Positions 8,206 to 16,651 of a DNA stretch of 27,049 bases are shown piece by piece. This DNA comes from Desulfobacteraceae bacterium (GTDB taxonomy: Bacteria; Desulfobacterota; Desulfobacteria; Desulfobacterales; UBA11574). Location: the NCBI GenBank assembly GCA_013203195.1, contig JABMQM010000339.1:1-27049 (forward strand). The letters are read 5' to 3'. Both the position numbers and the translations under genes were made by a program. How positions within the stretch are numbered: the first letter of the stretch is position 1; each line of letters starts with the position of its first letter. The notes below the pieces were generated by a model, which saw only the letters and a program-made list of their open reading frames with translations, was not told the DNA's origin and ran no database searches.

Positions 8206-9546
8206 ATGACATACAGAATCCAAAAAGTGAGCGACAAACTAGAAGTTCCACGGTCAACTATCCGGTACTGGGAAAAGGAATTCCCTCAACTTGTGAACCC
8301 CAAAAGGACCAATGGCGGGCAGAGGAGATATTCCGAGCAGGATATCGGCAATTTGCATAATATTAAGAACCTGCTCCATCATAAGAACAAAACCATTGAC
8401 GAAGCCAGGATTGTTCTAAAACAGGGGAATACTGACGTAGGCAAGATTGACTGGCAAAATCAATCCATTCTCCTGACCGGCGGTACCGGCTCTTTTGGAA
8501 AACACTTTTGCAAAATAATGATTGAGAAATACCGCCCCAAGGTCATACGAATATACAGCCGGGATGAACTAAAGCAGCATGAAATGCGGCAGCAATTTGG
8601 CGAAGAGTATATAAGGTATTTTATCGGCGATGTGCGTGACTCCGATCGTATGAGAAGGGCCATGGAAGGGGTCGATATCGTTGTGCACGCCGCTGCTTTA
8701 AAGCAGGTCCCGGCCTGCGAATACAATCCGCTTGAAGCGGTAAAGACTAATATTCACGGCGCCCAGAACGTGATTGACGCCGCCATTGATGTAGGCGTCA
8801 GCAAGGTCATCGCCTTGAGCACTGATAAGGCTGTCAATCCGGTCAATTTGTACGGCGCCACCAAGCTTTGTGCTGATAAGATCATCATTCAGGGAAATGC
8901 TTATTCAGGACCGAGAGGCACAATATTCAGCTGCGTGCGCTATGGAAACGTCATTGGAAGTCGAGGCAGCGTCATCCCTCTGTTTACAAAACAAAGAAAA
9001 ACCGGAAAGATAACCATAACCGACAGACGCATGACAAGGTTCTGGCTTACTTTAGATCAAGCGGTTGAGCTTGTGTTGGACGGGTTTTGTCACATGCAGG
9101 GCGGAGAAATTTTTGTGCCCAAGATTCCGAGTATGAGGATCATGGATCTTGCCAAAGCGATAGCACCTGAATGCGACATTGAAATCATCGGAATACGGCC
9201 GGGAGAAAAAATACATGAGGCCCTTATTACCGAAGAAGAAGGCAGAAATACAGTGGATTATAACGGCATCTACGTCGTCATGCCGAACTATTCGTGGTGG
9301 ACCAGGAAAAACTATAAAAGCGGAAAAAAGTTGCCTAAAGGTTTTACTTATACGAGTGACAAAAATGATAAATGGTTGTCTGTGGAGGACTTAAAAGAGG
9401 TTATTTATGGCCCTGCTTCGATGGCAAATGATCCCGACACTAAACTAGCAACCGCAATTCACCATTTAAATGAAAAAATTATATTGAACCTGCTTAATTC
9501 GGAGGAATCTATCCCTGAAGTTAATAATCAATGGATTGCTAGTTGA
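8206..9546 (+). CDS. pseB: MerR-type HTH domain fused to UDP-GlcNAc 4,6-dehydratase (inverting), PseB
   Basis: aa 1-73 (YRIQKVSDKLEVPRSTIRYWEKEFPQLVNPKRTNGGQRRYSEQD) form a MerR wHTH. From about aa 85: ILLTGGTGSFG, HAAALKQVPACEYNP, STDKAVNPVNLYGATK, RYGNVIGSRGSVIP, MTRFWLTL, GIRPGEKIHE. RBS AAGGAG at 8194-8199. Confidence 0.92.
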   Translation: MTYRIQKVSDKLEVPRSTIRYWEKEFPQLVNPKRTNGGQRRYSEQDIGNLHNIKNLLHHKNKTIDEARIVLKQGNTDVGKIDWQNQSILLTGGTGSFGKHFCKIMIEKYRPKVIRIYSRDELKQHEMRQQFGEEYIRYFIGDVRDSDRMRRAMEGVDIVVHAAALKQVPACEYNPLEAVKTNIHGAQNVIDAAIDVGVSKVIALSTDKAVNPVNLYGATKLCADKIIIQGNAYSGPRGTIFSCVRYGNVIGSRGSVIPLFTKQRKTGKITITDRRMTRFWLTLDQAVELVLDGFCHMQGGEIFVPKIPSMRIMDLAKAIAPECDIEIIGIRPGEKIHEALITEEEGRNTVDYNGIYVVMPNYSWWTRKNYKSGKKLPKGFTYTSDKNDKWLSVEDLKEVIYGPASMANDPDTKLATAIHHLNEKIILNLLNSEESIPEVNNQWIAS

Positions 9547-9600
9547 TAAAGGGTCGCTCTTACTTAGAAATATACACAACTATTTTGAGATCAATAACAT

Positions 9601-10953
9601 ATGAACGCTGTTCAACATCTTAAATTTAAAAATTTAGAAGCGATACCACCTGAAGACCAACGCAGCTTTATCCCCTATGGTCGTCAATGGATCGATGAAG
9701 AAGATATCAAGGCCGTAGAAAACGTCTTGAGATCAGACTATCTAACCCAAGGTCCGAAGGTCAGGGAATTTGAGGAAGCTTTTGCTCAGTACGTAGGCTC
9801 TCGTTACGCTGTTGCCGTTTGCAGCGGGACGGCCGCGCTTCACCTGGCTTGCTTGGCGGCGGATTTGGGGCCCGGAGATGAAATCCTGACATCTCCGATC
9901 ACTTTCGCGGCAACGGCAAACAGTGCCCTATATGTGGGGGCCAAACCTGCCTTTATTGATATTGATCCTGAGACGTTCAATCTTGATGTTAAAACTCTTG
10001 AAACCTATCTGGAAGAAAAAACGTCTCCAAATCGCGGGCGTCAATCCAGCACCTCTGGTGAGCCTTATCCTCGTGCAGTTATACCGGTTCACTTCGGAGG
10101 GCTTCCCTGTGATATGCCGGCGATTCAAAGCATCGCCCAAAAGCACGGGTTGGTTGTGATTGAAGACGCCTGCCATGCTTTAGGCGCAACCTATCGGCAT
10201 CAAGAAACCGCTAACGGCAAACAGAGATCAAAAGGGAACAAGTGGATCAAGGTGGGTAGTTGCATGCATTCCGACATGACTGTTTTCAGCTTTCACCCGG
10301 TCAAGCACATTACTACAGGTGAAGGCGGTATGGTAACAACCAACAGCGCGGAATTTTATCAGAGACTTGTTCTTTTCAGAAACCACGGCATCGCCCGCGA
10401 TGTCGACAAATTCAGCGATGAGCTTTTGGCCATGGATTCGGAAAACCAGCTGTCCGGTTTCGATCGGCGCATGATGCCTTCGTGGTATTACGAAATGCAG
10501 GGGCTGGGTTTCAATTACCGCATTAATGATATTCAATGTGCGCTGGGCATATCACAGCTAAAAAAAATTGATTATTTCATCCGGCGCCGGCGTTTTATTG
10601 CAGAGCAATATTTAAAGTTTTTAGATAGTATCCCCTGCTTTTCCATACAGATAGAACCGGAGGGCTATAAATCTTCGTATCACCTATATGTTTTATGCTT
10701 AGATGCCCAGACAAAAATTAAAAGAGACCAGGTCATTAACATCTTAAAACAGATGGGTATCGGCACACAGGTTCATTACATTCCGGTCTATCAACATCCG
10801 TTTTACCGGCAGTTGGGGTATGAAGAACAAAAATGCAGCAATGCCGAAAACTATTTTAAAAACTGTTTTTCTATTCCCATGTATCCGGCAATGTCCAACG
10901 AAGATATCAATCGAGTGATGAATGCACTCGAAAAAGTAGGGGGGATGCTTTAG
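9601..10953 (+). CDS. pseC: UDP-4-amino-4,6-dideoxy-N-acetyl-beta-L-altrosamine transaminase (DegT/DnrJ family)
   Basis: FIPYGRQWIDEEDI, LTQGPKVREFE, EDACHALGA, SFHPVKHITTGEGG (PLP lysine), WYYEMQGLGFNYR and QVHYIPVY motifs; directly follows pseB. Confidence 0.9.
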   Translation: MNAVQHLKFKNLEAIPPEDQRSFIPYGRQWIDEEDIKAVENVLRSDYLTQGPKVREFEEAFAQYVGSRYAVAVCSGTAALHLACLAADLGPGDEILTSPITFAATANSALYVGAKPAFIDIDPETFNLDVKTLETYLEEKTSPNRGRQSSTSGEPYPRAVIPVHFGGLPCDMPAIQSIAQKHGLVVIEDACHALGATYRHQETANGKQRSKGNKWIKVGSCMHSDMTVFSFHPVKHITTGEGGMVTTNSAEFYQRLVLFRNHGIARDVDKFSDELLAMDSENQLSGFDRRMMPSWYYEMQGLGFNYRINDIQCALGISQLKKIDYFIRRRRFIAEQYLKFLDSIPCFSIQIEPEGYKSSYHLYVLCLDAQTKIKRDQVINILKQMGIGTQVHYIPVYQHPFYRQLGYEEQKCSNAENYFKNCFSIPMYPAMSNEDINRVMNALEKVGGML

Positions 10954-12063
10954 ATGAACTTTACCATTGTTCCTCTCAACGGAGAACACTACGATGATTG
11001 GGATGCCGTATGTCGGGCCAGCCAAAATGCCTGGTTTTGGCATACCACGCAATGGCTGGACTATACAGAAGCCTATAATCCGGCCCTTGAAAGCAAGTCC
11101 TGCTCCTTTCTTTTATATGACAATTCTAGTGCTGTCGCTGCCGTGCCGCTACTAATGGAAAGAATTCAAAATGGGAAGGCAGCCTTTTTAGAATTTTCAT
11201 TCGGTGGCGGGTGGCTGCCGTCACCGGTATGTATCGCCGGGCTTTCATCAAAAAAAGAGAAGCAAATCTTTAAAGCTGCTTTTGATCATATCTTTGCACT
11301 TGCCCGTGATAAAAATATTGCCAGAATCAGGTGCCGATCGAATCCTTTTGTGCATCTGCAATCCGAAATGGCAGCCTTTATTCCAACGACAGTTAAATAT
11401 GGATTTGCTCCCTATCTCTTGCCGACTCAAATCATCGATGTAACCAAGAACCCGGCCATTCTTTTCAAGGAAATGCGCAAAGGTCACCGCAGCGACATTA
11501 AAAAGGCCGAAAAAAAATTGGAGAGCTTTGTCATTTCAAGCGAGAATATTTCATACGACCTTTTTTCAGCATATCGGCAGCTTCATACCAAAGCTGCCGG
11601 TGGTCAAACGCGGCCTGCGGAGACGTTTGAGATGATGTATGAATGGATAAAAAATGGGTTTGGAATCCTTTTTGGGGCCACGCTGGACGGTAGACCGGTA
11701 AGCTTTGCTTACGTAAATACTTATAAAGATTGTGCGTATTATAGTTCAGCCTGTAATGATCCGGGAATTCAAAACCTTCCTTTAGCTCATTTTGTTCAGT
11801 GGCAAATCGTAAAGTGGCTGCATGAGCAAAATTTTAACTACTACGAGATCGGCTGGCAGTTTTATTCAAATACCGAAATTTTTACGGCATCGGCCAAGGA
11901 AATTGCTATTTCCAGATTTAAAAGAGGGTTTGGCGGCGTAACCGTCCCCATTGTATTTTCCGAGAAATTTTTTTCCCGGCAGGATTATACAGCCATAAGC
12001 CGGGAGCGCATGGAAAATTTTTCCAAGGTATTACCAGAATTGACTGCGTGCTCTGCCAATTAG
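10954..12063 (+). CDS. GNAT-fold protein of FemAB/X-like type (putative aminoacyl/acyl transferase)
   Basis: WDAVCRASQNAWFWHTTQW, EMRKGHRSDIKKAEKK, HFVQWQIVKWLHEQNFNYYEIG and ISRFKRGFGG match the FemAB-like double-GNAT pattern. Confidence 0.7.
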   Translation: MNFTIVPLNGEHYDDWDAVCRASQNAWFWHTTQWLDYTEAYNPALESKSCSFLLYDNSSAVAAVPLLMERIQNGKAAFLEFSFGGGWLPSPVCIAGLSSKKEKQIFKAAFDHIFALARDKNIARIRCRSNPFVHLQSEMAAFIPTTVKYGFAPYLLPTQIIDVTKNPAILFKEMRKGHRSDIKKAEKKLESFVISSENISYDLFSAYRQLHTKAAGGQTRPAETFEMMYEWIKNGFGILFGATLDGRPVSFAYVNTYKDCAYYSSACNDPGIQNLPLAHFVQWQIVKWLHEQNFNYYEIGWQFYSNTEIFTASAKEIAISRFKRGFGGVTVPIVFSEKFFSRQDYTAISRERMENFSKVLPELTACSAN

Positions 12064-12080
12064 ACCAAGGAAATTGTACT

Positions 12081-13553
12081 GTGAAAGTTCTCTTTTTTAA
12101 TTATGCAAATTATTTAGAGATTGGAATCCCCGGCGGTATTGCAATCTTGAGTGCACTGCTCAAAGAAAGCGGGCATCAGGTTCGGCTTTTTGACACCACG
12201 TTTCTTAAGCCGGCGTATTACCGACGGAGTCAAAATGCCGGCCCCGCCGTCTTCAAGGAGACGCCCTATACCCTTGAAGACCGCGTTGAAGATGATCCGG
12301 TTGTGGATCTGAAGGAAGAATTCTCAAACATACTAAAAGAATTTCAGCCGGATCTTTTGGCTGTGTCGGCCATGACGACGAATTTCGATAAAACCCTGGA
12401 TTTATTGAAACAGGTACAACCGGACTGCTTGGTTGTGATGGGCGGGGTGCATGCCACGCTGGAACCCGAAGAAGTGCTGCGTTCTGAAGTAGTAGATATG
12501 GTCTGTATCGGCGAAGGGGAAGGCGCACTTGTGGATCTATGCAATGCCTTAGACGCGGGGCAAGAAACCCGCAACATTCCGAACCTGTGGTTAAAACGCA
12601 ACGGCAACTTGATTCAAAACACCCTGCGTCACTTTCAAAACCTTGATCATATACCTGTTCCGGACTGGTCCATCTTTGATCAAAGGCACCTTTTTCGGCC
12701 GTTCGAAGGCAAGGTTTACAAAGGTTCTTTTATAACGAATTCGCGCGGCTGCCCTGAACGGTGCACGTATTGTGTTAATAAAGTGATCCGCAAAACCCAT
12801 CGTGGCTGCGGGAGCTATTTTCGCCGTCAGTCCCCTCAAAAAACCATTAACAACATTAAAACGTTAAAAGAAGAATATGGCGCTACATGGTTTAAATTTG
12901 CAGACGATACTTTTCTACTCCACACTCATGCGGAACTAGAAACTTTAAAAGACGGTTTAAATGATCTTTCGATAAATTTTGGCTGTTCTGTACAGCCCAC
13001 AACAATTAACAAAGAGAAAGTGGCTCTCGCAAAGAAAATGGGTTGTGTGGCAATGACCGTGGGCATCGAAAGCGGCAATCAGGAAATAAGGAGAAAAATT
13101 CTCAATCGCAGGATTTCCAACCAAAAGCTTGAAAACGGAATCCGTACCATCATTGATGCCGGCATCCGGGTCTCAACCTTCAACATGATCGGTTTGCCGG
13201 GAGAGACTCGAGAAAATGTTTTCGAAACCATTAAATTTAATAAAAAGCTGGGTATAAAGGCGGCAAACGTATACATCATTTATCCTTTCCCGGGAACGGA
13301 AATCGCTGAAATCCATAAAACAAATTACCGCGATGCGGATGGCAAGATGATTTCCATGGGCGAGGCCGCCAGATTCAATCTTTCCCACATGTCTCCGGCA
13401 GAACTGGAGGGGTTGTGCAAAACTTTTAATCTTTATCTAACCCTGCCGGAAACATACTGGGGACAGATCAAGGCGGCTGAAGGTCAGGATGAACGATCAC
13501 AGCAAATATTTCAGGAGCTTGAGGTGCTGGCAAACACGTTTATTTCGTCCTGA
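12081..13553 (+). CDS. Cobalamin-binding radical SAM protein (class B methylase-like)
   Basis: N-terminal B12-binding region (DLLAVSAMT...VVMGGVHAT...DMVCIGEGE); SRGCPERCTYC CxxxCxxC motif at 12750-12773; FADDTF, GIESGN, MIGLPGET. GTG start at 12081 with AAGGA upstream. Confidence 0.85.
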   Translation: MKVLFFNYANYLEIGIPGGIAILSALLKESGHQVRLFDTTFLKPAYYRRSQNAGPAVFKETPYTLEDRVEDDPVVDLKEEFSNILKEFQPDLLAVSAMTTNFDKTLDLLKQVQPDCLVVMGGVHATLEPEEVLRSEVVDMVCIGEGEGALVDLCNALDAGQETRNIPNLWLKRNGNLIQNTLRHFQNLDHIPVPDWSIFDQRHLFRPFEGKVYKGSFITNSRGCPERCTYCVNKVIRKTHRGCGSYFRRQSPQKTINNIKTLKEEYGATWFKFADDTFLLHTHAELETLKDGLNDLSINFGCSVQPTTINKEKVALAKKMGCVAMTVGIESGNQEIRRKILNRRISNQKLENGIRTIIDAGIRVSTFNMIGLPGETRENVFETIKFNKKLGIKAANVYIIYPFPGTEIAEIHKTNYRDADGKMISMGEAARFNLSHMSPAELEGLCKTFNLYLTLPETYWGQIKAAEGQDERSQQIFQELEVLANTFISS

Positions 13554-13573
13554 AATTCAGAAGGTTCCAGGCA

Positions 13574-14596
13574 ATGGCGTTTAAAGCAGAACATAACATG
13601 AAAATAGCCGTCATCGGTTGCGGCTCCATTGGGAAACGGCATATTCGCAACCTCCTTGCTCTGGGGGTGCATGATATTATCGCTTATGATAAGGACGCCA
13701 AGCAACTGGCTGCCGTGGAGACTGATACTGGAATCAGAGCACTTCATTCGTTACCTGAGATTATATCTCGCAAGCCTGATGCAGTCCTTGTCTGTACGCC
13801 CAACAGTCTGCACGTTCCGGTTGCTTTCAAGTTTGCAAAAATTGGCTCCCAGCTATTTATTGAAAAACCCTTATCCCATAATTTAGACGGAGTGGATCAA
13901 CTGCTCGCAGAAGTTAATGAGCAGAAACTTATCACAATGGTTGGCTGTAATTTTAAGTTCCATCCAAGCTTTATAAAAATGAAAGCAATCCTTGAGTCCG
14001 GGATTCTAGGCAAAATACTTTCCGCTCGCTGCCAGTTCGGGCAATATCTTCCAGACTGGCATCCCTGGGAGGATTACCGTACAGGCTATAGTGCCCGATC
14101 CGATCTTGGCGGCGGCATCCTATTAGATTCTCATGAATTCGATTACATGCAATGGTTCTTGGGAGATGTGTCGGAGCTGTTTTGTTTTGCCGGAAAAGTC
14201 AGCAACCTCGAAATTGACACCGAAGACACCGCCGAAGTTCTGATCAAATTCCAAAACGGCACGATTGCCGGAATTCACCTGGATTATACTCAACGGGCCT
14301 ATCAACGAAATTATGAGTTTTTCGGAGAAAACGGCACTTTGAAATGGGATTTTCAGGAACGCAAAGTGTGGCTCTATCTGGCAAGTGAAAATAAATGGGA
14401 GGTTTTCGAGGAGCCCAGAAATTATAATTTAAATGAAATGTACACAGAAGAAATGAAGCACTTCATAGAATCGATTATGAATGAAAAGGAAACCATTACG
14501 GACATTTTTGCCGGTTGGAGGACGCTGAAACTTATCATGGCTGCCAAGGCATCGGCAGAGGATGGTAAAATGAAAAAGTTTGGGGAGGTTTGCTGA
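13574..14596 (+). CDS. Gfo/Idh/MocA-family NAD(P)-dependent oxidoreductase
   Basis: KIAVIGCGSIGKRH, IEKPLS and GGGILLDSHEFD motifs. An alternative start is the ATG at 13598. Confidence 0.88.
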   Translation: MAFKAEHNMKIAVIGCGSIGKRHIRNLLALGVHDIIAYDKDAKQLAAVETDTGIRALHSLPEIISRKPDAVLVCTPNSLHVPVAFKFAKIGSQLFIEKPLSHNLDGVDQLLAEVNEQKLITMVGCNFKFHPSFIKMKAILESGILGKILSARCQFGQYLPDWHPWEDYRTGYSARSDLGGGILLDSHEFDYMQWFLGDVSELFCFAGKVSNLEIDTEDTAEVLIKFQNGTIAGIHLDYTQRAYQRNYEFFGENGTLKWDFQERKVWLYLASENKWEVFEEPRNYNLNEMYTEEMKHFIESIMNEKETITDIFAGWRTLKLIMAAKASAEDGKMKKFGEVC

Positions 14597-14597
14597 G

Positions 14598-16649
14598 ATG
14601 GTGCTAGCGATTATCCAGGCGCGAATGGGTTCCACGCGCCTTCCGGGTAAAGTCCTGGCCGACATTAACGGAGCGCCGATGCTTTGGCATGTAATGCATC
14701 GGGTGCAAAGCGCTCGCTCTATCGATCACGTTGCCGTGGCTACTTCTAATAATTCTGTTGACGACCCTCTAGTTGAATTTTGTCTAAAAAATGACTATCA
14801 GTTTTTCCGTGGTAGTGAAACTGATGTCCTTGATCGCTTCTACCAGGCTGCCAAGCGATTCAAAGCTAAAGTCGTAGTTCGCATTACCGCCGATTGTCCG
14901 CTCATTGATTCTCTCGTTATCGACAAGGTCGTAAAGACTTACCTTCAAGGGGATTATGATTATGTTACCAACACTCTGCATTATACCTATCCCGACGGCG
15001 TTGATGTGGAAGTGTTTTCCTTTGCGGCGCTGCAAACAGCCTGGCAGGAGGCCAAATCGCCTCTGGAACGGGAGCATGTGACCCCTTACCTGCGGAACTC
15101 AGAGGCATTTAAGATACACAACGTTGAAAACGAGGTTGACCTGTCCGGCCGCTACCTGCGCTGGACAGTAGACGAACCTTGTGATTTGGAATTCGTTCGT
15201 GCCGTCTATGAAAAAACCGCTTCAGTAGGTTTGTATTTTGGCATCGAAGCTGTATTGCGACTACTTGATCAGGAGCCCGATCTTGCGGAAATCAATAAGG
15301 GAATCATTTGCAATAATGGTTACTATAAATCTATTGCCAACGAAACTCCGGTTGCAGCCCTAAACCGGAAACTGACTCTATCTGGTAAACTCAAAGCCAA
15401 GGCTGCACAGCTTATACCTTCAGGCACCCAGACTTTCAGCAAAGGGCCTACGCAATTTGTCCAGGGCGTAGCACCGGTATTTTTAAAGCGCGCTGAAGGG
15501 AGCCATGTGTGGGATGTGGACGGCAACGAGTATATTGATTTTCCCATGGCCCTGGGACCGATTATTTTGGGCCATAACTATCCTGCCGTAACCGCAGCCG
15601 TCATTCGCCAGATCCATGACGGAACTATTTTTTCTTTGCCCCATCCGCTGGAAGTTGAGTTGGCTGAAATGCTGGTTGAGTCCATACCGTGTGCCCAGAT
15701 GGTTCGTTTCGGAAAGAACGGCTCCGACGCCACCGCCGGGGCTGTGCGGGTGGCCCGTGGTTATACCGGAAAAGATATTATCGCCTGCTGCGGATATCAT
15801 GGCTGGCAGGACTGGTATATTGGAACCACAACTCGAAATAAAGGTGTCCCCGAAACCGTCGAGAAACTGACTGTTAGCTTTGAATATAACAACATTTCCA
15901 GCCTGGAGCGCATATTTTCCGAGCATCCCGGCCAGGTGGCTGCGGTAATAATGGAGCCTGTCGGTGTAATTGAGCCTGAAGAAGGCTTCTTGCAGCATGT
16001 ACGAGAGATAACAAATAAAAATGGAGCACTTTTGATCTTTGATGAAGTAATCACCGGCTTTCGCCTGGCTTTAGGTGGTGCCCAGGACTACTACGGAGTC
16101 ACGCCTGATCTTGCGTGTTTCGGCAAGGCCATGGCCAACGGTTATCCGCTTTCAGCAATCGTCGGACGGCGGGACGTTATGGAATGTTTCGACGAGGTAT
16201 TTTTTTCCTTTACGTTTGGCGGTGAAACCCTTTCTTTGGCAGCAGCAAAAGCAACCATCTCTGAGATGAAAGAAAAAAGTGTCATCAGCCACCTCTGGGA
16301 GCAGGGTCAGAAGGTAAAAGACGGCTACAATGTTTTGGCACAAGAGTTTGGTGTTAATGATTTTACAGAGTGCATCGGGTTGCCTCCGCGTACGTTGATT
16401 ACCTTTAAAGATGAGACCGGAAACGAATCCTTACTGTATAAAAGTCTGTTTCAGCAGGAATGCTTGAAGCGGAGGGTGCTCTTTTCGGGGGGCCAAAACA
16501 TCTGTTTTGGACATAGTAACGCCGACATTGACCACACCCTGCGGGTTTATCGCACGGCCATGGAGATTTTAGCCGCTGCCGTTAAAAACGGAGATGCCCG
16601 GCAAAGACTTGAGGGTGAACCTGTCAGTCTTGTTTTCAGAAAACCATAA
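14598..16649 (+). CDS. SpsF-type cytidylyltransferase (PseF role) fused to a class III (glutamate-1-semialdehyde aminomutase-like) aminotransferase
   Basis: N-terminal LAIIQARMGSTRLPGKVL, VVRITADCPLID, EREHVTPY, WTVDEPCDL. From about nt 15372: WDVDGNEYIDF, RFGKNGSDAT, LIFDEVITGFR, CFGKAMANG (PLP Lys codon 16125-16127). RBS GGAGG at 14584-14588. Confidence 0.88.
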   Translation: MVLAIIQARMGSTRLPGKVLADINGAPMLWHVMHRVQSARSIDHVAVATSNNSVDDPLVEFCLKNDYQFFRGSETDVLDRFYQAAKRFKAKVVVRITADCPLIDSLVIDKVVKTYLQGDYDYVTNTLHYTYPDGVDVEVFSFAALQTAWQEAKSPLEREHVTPYLRNSEAFKIHNVENEVDLSGRYLRWTVDEPCDLEFVRAVYEKTASVGLYFGIEAVLRLLDQEPDLAEINKGIICNNGYYKSIANETPVAALNRKLTLSGKLKAKAAQLIPSGTQTFSKGPTQFVQGVAPVFLKRAEGSHVWDVDGNEYIDFPMALGPIILGHNYPAVTAAVIRQIHDGTIFSLPHPLEVELAEMLVESIPCAQMVRFGKNGSDATAGAVRVARGYTGKDIIACCGYHGWQDWYIGTTTRNKGVPETVEKLTVSFEYNNISSLERIFSEHPGQVAAVIMEPVGVIEPEEGFLQHVREITNKNGALLIFDEVITGFRLALGGAQDYYGVTPDLACFGKAMANGYPLSAIVGRRDVMECFDEVFFSFTFGGETLSLAAAKATISEMKEKSVISHLWEQGQKVKDGYNVLAQEFGVNDFTECIGLPPRTLITFKDETGNESLLYKSLFQQECLKRRVLFSGGQNICFGHSNADIDHTLRVYRTAMEILAAAVKNGDARQRLEGEPVSLVFRKP

Positions 16650-16651
16650 AC

